A DNA stretch of 44,372 nucleotides from Candidatus Fermentibacterota bacterium (GTDB lineage: Bacteria > Fermentibacterota > Fermentibacteria > Fermentibacterales > JCC-6), in NCBI GenBank assembly GCA_003644925.1, contig QNDS01000001.1, positions 1-44,372 of the forward strand, in the 5' to 3' direction. The notes beneath the pieces were generated by a model. That model worked only from the letters and a program-made list of their open reading frames with translations. It did not search any database and had not been told where the DNA came from. The position numbers were made by a program, and so were the translations under genes. Numbering within the stretch: the first letter of the stretch is position 1; each line of letters begins with the position of its first letter. Shown one piece after another: positions 16,017 to 23,659 of this stretch.

Positions 16017-17606
16017 TCAACTCTGTCCGGCCTCGAGCTTTTTCTTGATAAGCTGCTGCTGCCATATTGTCAGGAGGCTGTTGCTGAACCAGTACATGGT
16101 CAGGCCTGCCGGAAACCTCATGAAAAGGAATGTCATGAATATCGGCATCATGTACATCATACCCTTCTGGTTCTGGTCGGTCATGGTCATCTTCTGTTGA
16201 AGGAACATCGCTATTCCCATAAGAAGAGCAAGTATGCCGACGCCATGAAGCCCCAGTATCGGAGTCTGGAATGGAATCAGTATTTCCGGTTTTGACAGAT
16301 CCTGAATCCAGAGCATGAAGGGTGCTCCCCGCAGCTGTACAGAATTGGCAAGAACACGGTACAGTGCAAAGAATACGGGCATCTGCATAATGAGCGGAAG
16401 GCACCCTCCAAGGGGATTGACACCCTCCTCCCGGTAAAGTTTCTGCATTGCGCTCTGCAGAGCCTTCGGGTCGCTCTTATGCTTCGCCTGCAGTTCTTTC
16501 ATTTTGGGCTGCACCTGTTTAAGCATTGCCATGGATTTGAAACTCTTAGTCGTAAGCGGCATAAGAACGAGTTTAAGCACTATTGCCAGCAGTATTATCT
16601 TGATACCCCAGTTGCTGACGAACGAAAGCACTGATGTGCAGAACCAGAAAAGCAGTCTTCCTATATCCCTTATTATCGGCCATCCGAAATCCACCAGTCT
16701 GCTCGTGTCCCTGCCCAGTGCTCTGAGTCTGCTGTAATCGAGTGGTCCTGCGTAGACGAATATCCGGTTATCCTGTAACCCTATGGACGGAGATTCTTCC
16801 TCCCCCGATGCGTAGAGGAATCCATACGCTCTATCGTAGGATTGCGGCATCATAATAACCGCGAAATACTGTGATCTCGCTGCAATCCACTCCACATTAC
16901 CGACTTGCGCGTCCTCGGTAATACTGTTCGAGCCTCGGCTTTTAACCTTCTCCGCGTTCCATTGAGCCTTGAAATATCTTGAAACATTTGAATTCATTTC
17001 GCTTACCGGAAGAATTCCGGCGTTCAGCGTTGTTATTTCAGTGAGCCCCTCGGTCTCATAAAGGAAGCCGTACTGCCCGGGAGTAAATGTATACTTTATC
17101 TCCGTTTCGCCTGACGGATCAATGAATACCAGCGTCTGCGGGATCTCATTGATAAGAATAGTGTCTTCCGAAAGTGTTTCATAAAAGGTGCTGTTCCGTG
17201 TCCAGCGGTTTCCGTTGAAGTTGATGCTTTCCCCACTTCCGGCACCCGGAATGTCTTCATACTGTGGTAATTTCCACCCTGTTACAGTTCCACCGATAGT
17301 TGAAATATCGGCTTCAACTAGTACATTATCTCCATCATATATGATAACCTTAATTACTCTTTCATCAGGTAATATTTCATCTATATCAGTATTATGTGTT
17401 TTATCAGAAGCTATTTCATCACTTTGTTTATCAACAGATACTGAGTCGTCGAGCACCGGCAGTTGTTCCTGCTGAACGTATTCAATCGGCTGCGGCGAAG
17501 TCTGTGAACTGTCCGATGTTCCCGATTTTCCCATGAACTGCCAACTGATAAACAGCACCGCTGCCATTAATGCAGCAGCAAAAAGTAGCCTCTTTTGATC
17601 ACTCAT
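16017..17606 (-). CDS. yidC: membrane protein insertase YidC
   Basis: 529 aa. N-terminal TM, periplasmic domain, and the C-terminal 60-kDa IMP core (LLAIVLKLVLMPLT..GCLPLIMQMPVFFALY). Confidence 0.9.
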   Translation of the reverse strand: MSDQKRLLFAAALMAAVLFISWQFMGKSGTSDSSQTSPQPIEYVQQEQLPVLDDSVSVDKQSDEIASDKTHNTDIDEILPDERVIKVIIYDGDNVLVEADISTIGGTVTGWKLPQYEDIPGAGSGESINFNGNRWTRNSTFYETLSEDTILINEIPQTLVFIDPSGETEIKYTFTPGQYGFLYETEGLTEITTLNAGILPVSEMNSNVSRYFKAQWNAEKVKSRGSNSITEDAQVGNVEWIAARSQYFAVIMMPQSYDRAYGFLYASGEEESPSIGLQDNRIFVYAGPLDYSRLRALGRDTSRLVDFGWPIIRDIGRLLFWFCTSVLSFVSNWGIKIILLAIVLKLVLMPLTTKSFKSMAMLKQVQPKMKELQAKHKSDPKALQSAMQKLYREEGVNPLGGCLPLIMQMPVFFALYRVLANSVQLRGAPFMLWIQDLSKPEILIPFQTPILGLHGVGILALLMGIAMFLQQKMTMTDQNQKGMMYMMPIFMTFLFMRFPAGLTMYWFSNSLLTIWQQQLIKKKLEAGQS

Positions 17607-17866
17607 TTACGGTTCTCCCATTTGTCCGGAACAGGGTCGTATCCGCCTTGTCTGAATGGATGACATCGGAGCAGGCGCAATGTCGCCAGTTTCAGTCCCC
17701 GGATGACTCCATACCTCTTTATAGCAGTTTCCGCATAAACACTGCAAGTCGGGTTGTATATGCAGCTCGATGGGAACGCCGGCGATATGAATTTCCTGTA
17801 TCCTTTGATTGTAGCTATTAGTAATGACGCTGTCGCTCGTTTTGTTCTGCAGCCTTTTTCACTCAT
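17603..17866 (-). CDS. yidD: membrane protein insertion efficiency factor YidD
   Basis: YRKFISP..C.Y.PTCSVYA..RCHPF..GGYDPVP signature. It overlaps the yidC start by 4 nt. Confidence 0.85.
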   Translation of the reverse strand: MSEKGCRTKRATASLLIATIKGYRKFISPAFPSSCIYNPTCSVYAETAIKRYGVIRGLKLATLRLLRCHPFRQGGYDPVPDKWENRK

Positions 17867-17878
17867 CTCGTTTTCTCT

Positions 17879-18355
17879 TCAGTGGGTATCGCTTTCTATG
17901 ACGGACATCATGTTCTCAAAATCAGCTTTTATGTCCGCCCATCTTGCATCACGTAGCTTTCCTGCCGGTAATATAACAATATCCGCTCCGACACTTTTAC
18001 CGCTCTGTGCAGCAAGGCCTTTAATCCTTCTTCTTATAAGGTTTCTTTTCACCGCATTTCCACTTTTTGCGGATAGTGAAAACCCCAGACGTATATTGCC
18101 CAGGGTATTCTTAATATATACAGCCCTGAATGATACACCCCTGAAAGCTTTACCTTTCCTGAAAACTCTTCTGAACTGGTAACCTTTTTTCAGGGTTCTC
18201 TCTATCTTTATCAGGGAATCAATTTCTTTCTTCCCTTTCTCCTTCTTGCGTTGATCGTTCTTCTTCCGCTCTTTGTTGACATTCTTTTCCGGAATCCATG
18301 TCTTCTTGCCTTTGAGAGGTTGCTTGGCTGAAAGGTTCTTTTCATTAATCATCAC
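17879..18355 (-). CDS. rnpA: RNase P protein component; start uncertain (see findings)
   Basis: Conserved core [15 protein letters not shown]...[14 protein letters not shown] (RNR motif). The only in-frame canonical starts are GTG 18355 and ATG 18352, upstream of the rpmH ATG. Otherwise an ATT/CTG/ATA start around 18223-18205 is needed. Confidence 0.8.
   Translation of the reverse strand: MMINEKNLSAKQPLKGKKTWIPEKNVNKERKKNDQRKKEKGKKEIDSLIKIERTLKKGYQFRRVFRKGKAFRGVSFRAVYIKNTLGNIRLGFSLSAKSGNAVKRNLIRRRIKGLAAQSGKSVGADIVILPAGKLRDARWADIKADFENMMSVIESDTH
18211..18345 (-). CDS. rpmH: 50S ribosomal protein L34
   Basis: My own translation of the minus strand gives [44 protein letters not shown], a textbook L34 sequence of 44 aa. 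It is missing from the ORF track because it is short. Confidence 0.9.
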   Translation of the reverse strand: MKRTFQPSNLSKARRHGFRKRMSTKSGRRTINARRRKGRKKLIP

Positions 18356-18510
18356 TCTTTCCTGAATCCCTGCCTTGACGACGGTGGGATTACTGCATCA
18401 GTTTCAACGGTCAGGTAAATATCTATCTCTGGAGTCAACGATTGTGAAAGTTAGCCAATATAATCATATATGTCAAGTATTTGAGTGTACTCATTTTGGA
18501 TACCGCAGGG

Positions 18511-18610
18511 TTTTCCACAGTATGTGTTCGCTTGAAACACTACTTTTCGTTAAGTTACTGAATTTCATTAAGTTACCGTATATACCAGTTGTTGATATCC
18601 CTGTTGATAA
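18511..18610. promoter_or_regulatory. DnaA-box-like cluster upstream of dnaA
   Basis: ttttccaca at 18511-18519 matches 8/9 of TTATCCACA. tgttgatat at 18590-18598 matches 7/9 of TGTGGATAA. tgttgataa at 18602-18610 matches 8/9. Confidence 0.45.
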
Positions 18611-18667
18611 ATATCGTTGTTTGCTACATGCTATCACTTTACGCTGTATTCATTGATTGGAACGCTT

Positions 18668-19543
18668 ATGGATAATTTCAATCCCACTGACCTATGGAAC
18701 ATGTGCCTTCTGGAGGCTGAAAGAAGACTTGAATCCACCGAATTTGAGGCATGGCTGAAGAATTCAACCTACGAAGACATCAATGGTACAAGACTTGTTA
18801 TCAGGTTCCGAAACTCATTTGTCGCGGGACATGCCAAAGACCGCTTCGGAAATATAATGGAAGAGATTATCCGAACTATTTCCCAAAGGAGCGAACTCGC
18901 TCTTCAGTTCATAGGAGATCCTGCCGAACCAGGCCCTTCCGCTACAGAAAAGCTTACCCTTAATAGAGAGCCCTCTTCTTCCAATTACAGTTTCCTTCGC
19001 TCTAATTATACTTTCGATCACTTCGTCGTAGGTCCCAGTAATCAGCTGGCCCACGCGGGAGCTCTTGCAGTCAGCCGGGATATCGGCTCTACAAATTATA
19101 ATCCTTTATTCATTTACGGAGGTGTTGGCCTTGGAAAGACTCATCTTATTCAGGCTATAGCACATCACCTCAGACAGGAAGGCTCGAAGAGAACGTTCAG
19201 ATATATTTCAACTGAGCTTCTTGTGGAAACTTTTATTAAGTGTGTACTGCAGAATGACTATGCTCTCTTCCGCAAGCTCTTTCATGGTATCGACTATTTT
19301 CTAATGGATGATATACAGTTCCTCAAAGGAAAGGTTGAAACACAGGAGGCTTTCTTTCATCGTTTCAACGAGCTCCATCAGCAGGGGAAACAAATCGTTC
19401 TCACATCCGACAGGCCCCCGCACGAGCTTCCCGATCTTCCCGAAAGGCTGATAAGCCGTTTTCAATCGGGGCTTGTCGCGGATATCAAACCTCCGGAATA
19501 TGAAACACGCCTGGCTATACTTCAACTTCTTGTAAGAGACTAA
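18668..19543 (+). CDS. dnaA: DnaA N-terminal fragment (domains I-III core), ends at in-frame TAA 19541-19543
   Basis: MDNFNPTDLWN..; Walker A GGVGLGKTH; Walker B LMDDIQF; TSDRPP; ..PPEYETRLAILQLLVRD*. The track start at 18617 is an upstream extension. Confidence 0.85.
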   Translation: MDNFNPTDLWNMCLLEAERRLESTEFEAWLKNSTYEDINGTRLVIRFRNSFVAGHAKDRFGNIMEEIIRTISQRSELALQFIGDPAEPGPSATEKLTLNREPSSSNYSFLRSNYTFDHFVVGPSNQLAHAGALAVSRDIGSTNYNPLFIYGGVGLGKTHLIQAIAHHLRQEGSKRTFRYISTELLVETFIKCVLQNDYALFRKLFHGIDYFLMDDIQFLKGKVETQEAFFHRFNELHQQGKQIVLTSDRPPHELPDLPERLISRFQSGLVADIKPPEYETRLAILQLLVRD

Positions 19544-19564
19544 GAGCTGGAGGTAAGCCTGGAT

Positions 19565-20011
19565 GTGCTTGACTTCATAGCATCTTCAATAAGAAAGAAT
19601 GTGAGACAGCTGTCCGGTGTGATCCACAGGCTCGCTGCAATGTCCAGGCTTACCGGGTGCAGGGTGGATATGGATCTTGCTCAGAAGGAAATCCGTTCTT
19701 CTCTTGGCACCATTACAAGAAGGTTGACAGCTGGTTCTATTACTTCCGTTGTTGCGGAAAGTTTTGATGTTCTGCCCAAGCAGCTCAAAGGATCTGATAG
19801 AAAGCATAACGTTCTTATACCAAGACAGGTGTCAATGTCACTTATTCGGGAACTTACTTCCTTATCTCTTATGGAGATAGGATCATTTTTCTCTGGAAGA
19901 CATCACTCCACTATCCTCAATTCAATAGACAGGATCAAGGAACTCAAAGAGAATGATCCTGAACTTGAAAGAAAGATAGAAGAAATACGGAGCAAACTTA
20001 TTTCAATCTGA
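19565..20011 (+). CDS. dnaA: DnaA C-terminal fragment (AAA+ lid with sensor II, plus DNA-binding domain IV), same frame as the upstream fragment
   Basis: LDFIASSIRKNVRQLSGVIHRL (sensor II) and RQVSMSLIRELTSLSLMEIGSFFSGRHHSTILNSIDRI (the DnaA signature). In-frame GTG 19565 sits 11 nt after GGAGG 19549-19553. Confidence 0.8.
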   Translation: MLDFIASSIRKNVRQLSGVIHRLAAMSRLTGCRVDMDLAQKEIRSSLGTITRRLTAGSITSVVAESFDVLPKQLKGSDRKHNVLIPRQVSMSLIRELTSLSLMEIGSFFSGRHHSTILNSIDRIKELKENDPELERKIEEIRSKLISI

Positions 20012-20239
20012 AAAACCCTTAAATTGTCTTTGGAAAGTTGTGTAAAACCATCTATTCCAGAGTGTAGAAAACCTTCTTCTGTTGAAAAGCCTTATTTCAC
20101 TATCACGTTTTCAACATTTCTTCAACAGGGACAATTAACTCCTGTCTTTACCGCATGTGACATGTCCACATATCCACATGTATAATAACTATCATTATTG
20201 TTCTAAAATTACTGTATTCATAAAGCTGGAGGATATCCC
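20012..20239. other. putative oriC segment (DnaA-box cluster plus AT-rich unwinding region) in the dnaA-dnaN spacer
   Basis: Tandem atgtccaca/atatccaca at 20162-20178. TGTNGAAAA-type 9-mers at 20039, 20063 and 20080 (+) and at 20108 and 20119 (-). AT-rich tract at about 20179-20228. Gene strands switch here. Confidence 0.6.
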
Positions 20240-21361
20240 ATGATTAAACTTCTTGTTAACCATTCCGACTTGCTAAAAGGTCTTAATTGTGTAGCAACTG
20301 CCCTCCCTACAAGAAGCAGTCTTCCTTACCTTACTAACGTTCTTCTTGAAACAGAAGGAGAAACCCTCAGGTTATCAGCAACCGATCTGGATACTACGGT
20401 CATTACAACAATTCCCGCGTCAATTACAACTTCAGGATCAATTACGCTTCCAGGTAAAAAGCTGCACGAAATAGTACGTGAACTGTCTGAAGAAGAAGTT
20501 CGTTTAAGCGGTACTGGCAATAGAATAACTATAAGCTGCGGAAACGGATCTTTCACGCTCAGCGGTAGCTCCAGCGAGCAATTTCCTTCCCTTCCTCAGA
20601 AAAGTGATGTTGAACCGGCATCGATTCCTGTAGATGTCTTCTCTGATGCAATAAGGAAAACGTCTTATGCGGTAGCAAGAGACGATTACAGGGCAACTCT
20701 GAATGGCGCACTTCTTGATATCGGTGAAAAAGGGTTCGAAATGGTTGCGACCGACGGCCACAGACTCAGCTGTATTACACTTGGAAGCATAACTGCCCCT
20801 GTTAAAATCCATGCTCTTGTCACTCAAAAAGCTCTGAACCTTTTCGCGAAATTAGCTTCAGAAGGAGACGTTCTTATAAGTTTCAAGGGTTCTCAGATTT
20901 CTTTTGAATTTGGTAACACGATGATTTTCAGCAGAACAATAGACGGAGAATACCCTCCGTACAAAAAAGTTATTCCGCAGGATAACGACTCTGTTCTCTC
21001 TACAGACAGAAGTGATCTGATATCAGTACTGCGGCGGGTCAAGACCATGGCAAACCCTACAACACATCAAATAAAGTTCTCACTTGAACCTGGCAAGGTT
21101 CTCGTTCATTCGGAGAGTGCTGACGCTGGAGATGCCCAGGAAGACCTTGCTGCTGAGTATGCGGGAAGCCCCTTCCAGATAGGTTTCAATGGAAACTTCC
21201 TCATGGAAATACTCCGAAACATGAATTGCTCCAGAATATCGATGATGATGAAAGACAGCAATACGGCGGTAGTGATAAAGGACGAGGAGGAATCAGATGG
21301 TTCCGATTCATACCTCGCTCTCATTATGCCCGTCAAACTGTCAAAGGTTGCTGAAGAATAG
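20240..21361 (+). CDS. dnaN: DNA polymerase III beta sliding clamp
   Basis: 373 aa, colinear with beta clamps (LPYLTNVLLE, LSATDLD, MVATDGHRL, LIMPVKL). SD GGAGG lies upstream. Confidence 0.95.
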   Translation: MIKLLVNHSDLLKGLNCVATALPTRSSLPYLTNVLLETEGETLRLSATDLDTTVITTIPASITTSGSITLPGKKLHEIVRELSEEEVRLSGTGNRITISCGNGSFTLSGSSSEQFPSLPQKSDVEPASIPVDVFSDAIRKTSYAVARDDYRATLNGALLDIGEKGFEMVATDGHRLSCITLGSITAPVKIHALVTQKALNLFAKLASEGDVLISFKGSQISFEFGNTMIFSRTIDGEYPPYKKVIPQDNDSVLSTDRSDLISVLRRVKTMANPTTHQIKFSLEPGKVLVHSESADAGDAQEDLAAEYAGSPFQIGFNGNFLMEILRNMNCSRISMMMKDSNTAVVIKDEEESDGSDSYLALIMPVKLSKVAEE

Positions 21362-21375
21362 TATCCGGTACCGCA

Positions 21376-21651
21376 GTGAAGAAAATTGACAGCCTTCTTC
21401 CAGGTGTACTGAGTAATTTCAGTCTGGATATATACCAGAAGAGAAACAGTGCTGTCAGTATGTGGAAAGATATCGTGGGAGACGAATTAGCAGCTTTAGC
21501 AAAGCCCGTGGGTTTTAACGGATCTGTGCTTCTGCTGAAAATCACTCATCCGGCGGCATCAATGGAGATTGTACTGAGAAAGAAGGAAATACTGCACAAA
21601 CTGAATTCATTGCGGGATGAGGAACTGTTCACCGATCTGAAAACAGTGTAG
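21376..21651 (+). CDS. DUF721 / DciA-like protein
   Basis: 91 aa with a GTG start. W..IVG..LA..A.P..F..G.L.L.V..PA....I pattern, and the classic position between dnaN and gyrB. Confidence 0.7.
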   Translation: MKKIDSLLPGVLSNFSLDIYQKRNSAVSMWKDIVGDELAALAKPVGFNGSVLLLKITHPAASMEIVLRKKEILHKLNSLRDEELFTDLKTV

Positions 21652-21659
21652 CGGGAAAG

Positions 21660-23600
21660 GTGGAAGGTAACAGTTTGACCGAGAACAATACAAACTATGA
21701 CGCGAACTCGATCAAAGTTCTAAAGGGGCTTGAACATGTCAGAAAAAGGCCGAGTATGTATATCGGCTCAACATCTCAGACAGGCCTTCACCACCTGGTC
21801 TGGGAGGTAGTGGATAACAGTATTGATGAGGCTCAATCAGGTTTCTGTACTTCAATAGAGGTGATCCTGCACTCTGACGGTTCGATCTCAGTTAACGACA
21901 ACGGACGCGGTATTCCGATAGAGATGCACGAAAGCGGCAAGACAGCGCTTGAAGTGGTTATGACGACCCTGCATGCAGGAGGGAAATTCGACAATACAGC
22001 GTACAAAACATCAGGAGGGCTTCACGGTGTCGGGGTAAGTGTTGTCAATGCCCTATCGTTATGGCTGTCAGTTGAGGTTCGTAAAGGCGGGAATGTCTAT
22101 CGACAGAGTTTCCGGCGCGGAGACCCGGAAGGACCGCAGGAGAATACAGGCAAAACTGATCTTACGGGAACGAGAATCAGATTCATGCCTGATTACGATG
22201 AGATCTTTGAAACATCCTTGCTCAACTTTGAAACACTGTCCGGCAGGCTTCGAGAGCTCGCGTACCTTAACAACGGATTGAAGCTTACTATTTCTGATGA
22301 GAGGCAAGGGTACGCGGATAGACGGGAAGAATACCGATTCGAAGGTGGTTTGAGTTCGTTTGTGTCGTATATAAATGAAGCCCACACCACGCTTCATGAT
22401 CCCGTAAGAATAAGCGGAGAATTCGAACTTGATGAAGATGGACTTATAATTATCGATGTGGCACTGCAATACAATAAAGCCTTCCAGGAGGACATTTTTT
22501 CTTTTGTGAATAACATCAATACAATTGATGGCGGTACACATCTATCTGGAATGAAATCGGCTCTTACAAGAACACTGAACGAATACGCTTCGGCTAACAA
22601 CCACTTCAACAGCAAAGATGATACTTTCTCCGGAAGTGATGTGAGAGAAGGCCTCGCAGCGGTAATCAGCGTCAAGATTCCCGATCCTCAGTTCGAGGGA
22701 CAGACGAAAACAAGGCTTGGAAACAGAAGTGTTCAGGGAGCTGTGCTTTCCCATGTCAGCCGAGGAATATCAACTTTCCTTGAGGAGAACCCCTCAATTG
22801 CAAGAAATATCATTCAGAAGTGTCTTCTTAATCACAGCTCCCGGCAGGCCGCAAAAAAAGCCAGGGAACTTACAAGAAGGAAATCCGCACTTGAAACAGC
22901 AGCTCTTCCTGGAAAACTGGCCGACTGCTCCGTGAACAACCCGGAGGAAGCAGAGCTTTTCATAGTAGAGGGAAATTCAGCCGGAGGTTCCGCAAAACAG
23001 GGCCGTAACAGACACTTCCAGGCTATACTTCCCTTAAGAGGAAAGATCATAAATGTAGAGAAAGCACACCTTGCAAAAGTTCTGAAGAACAACGAAATAA
23101 GGACCATCATCACTGCAGCGGGAACGGGTATCGAAGAAGATTTCGATATAAACAATCTCAGGTACCACAAAATAATAATCATGACAGATGCCGACGTTGA
23201 CGGATCTCATATAAGAACCCTGCTGCTTACGTTCTTTTACAGACATATGATTGAACTTATTGAAAAAGGATACGTCTACGTAGCGCAGCCGCCACTGTAC
23301 CTTCTGAAGAAGGGGAGTGTAAAGAGATACGCATATAATGAAGCAGAGAGAATAAAAATAGCAGAGGAGCTTGGTAATACCGGCATTACAATGCAGAGAT
23401 ACAAAGGACTGGGTGAAATGAACCCGGATCAGCTATGGGCAACAACGATGGACCCCGAAAGACGGGTTCTTCTGAAGATAAGGCTTGAGAACGTAATGGA
23501 GGCCAGTCATATTTTCTCCGTTCTCATGGGAGATGATGTGGAGCCGAGGCGTGAGTTCATACAGCAGCATGCAGCTGATGTAATGAATCTTGATGTATAG
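21660..23600 (+). CDS. gyrB: DNA gyrase subunit B
   Basis: 646 aa. YDANSIKVLKGLEHVRKRPSMYIG, GGLHGVG, EGNSAGGSAKQGR, and PLRGKIINVE in the TOPRIM domain. Confidence 0.95.
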   Translation: MEGNSLTENNTNYDANSIKVLKGLEHVRKRPSMYIGSTSQTGLHHLVWEVVDNSIDEAQSGFCTSIEVILHSDGSISVNDNGRGIPIEMHESGKTALEVVMTTLHAGGKFDNTAYKTSGGLHGVGVSVVNALSLWLSVEVRKGGNVYRQSFRRGDPEGPQENTGKTDLTGTRIRFMPDYDEIFETSLLNFETLSGRLRELAYLNNGLKLTISDERQGYADRREEYRFEGGLSSFVSYINEAHTTLHDPVRISGEFELDEDGLIIIDVALQYNKAFQEDIFSFVNNINTIDGGTHLSGMKSALTRTLNEYASANNHFNSKDDTFSGSDVREGLAAVISVKIPDPQFEGQTKTRLGNRSVQGAVLSHVSRGISTFLEENPSIARNIIQKCLLNHSSRQAAKKARELTRRKSALETAALPGKLADCSVNNPEEAELFIVEGNSAGGSAKQGRNRHFQAILPLRGKIINVEKAHLAKVLKNNEIRTIITAAGTGIEEDFDINNLRYHKIIIMTDADVDGSHIRTLLLTFFYRHMIELIEKGYVYVAQPPLYLLKKGSVKRYAYNEAERIKIAEELGNTGITMQRYKGLGEMNPDQLWATTMDPERRVLLKIRLENVMEASHIFSVLMGDDVEPRREFIQQHAADVMNLDV

Positions 23601-23659
23601 TGTCCGTCAGTTGGCAGGACAGGGGAACAACCTATGAATAAACCAGAAGGAACCTCAGT

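Noticed and set aside
19541-19543. Stop-codon reassignment (TAA read as sense) as an explanation for the dnaA interruption
   Set aside because: TAA ends other ORFs in this window at positions where their homologues normally end, for example the HD hydrolase at 1079-1081 and the partial epimerase-like gene at 44211-44213; it also ends the large ORF at 29794-29796. A genome-wide recoding of TAA is therefore not supported.
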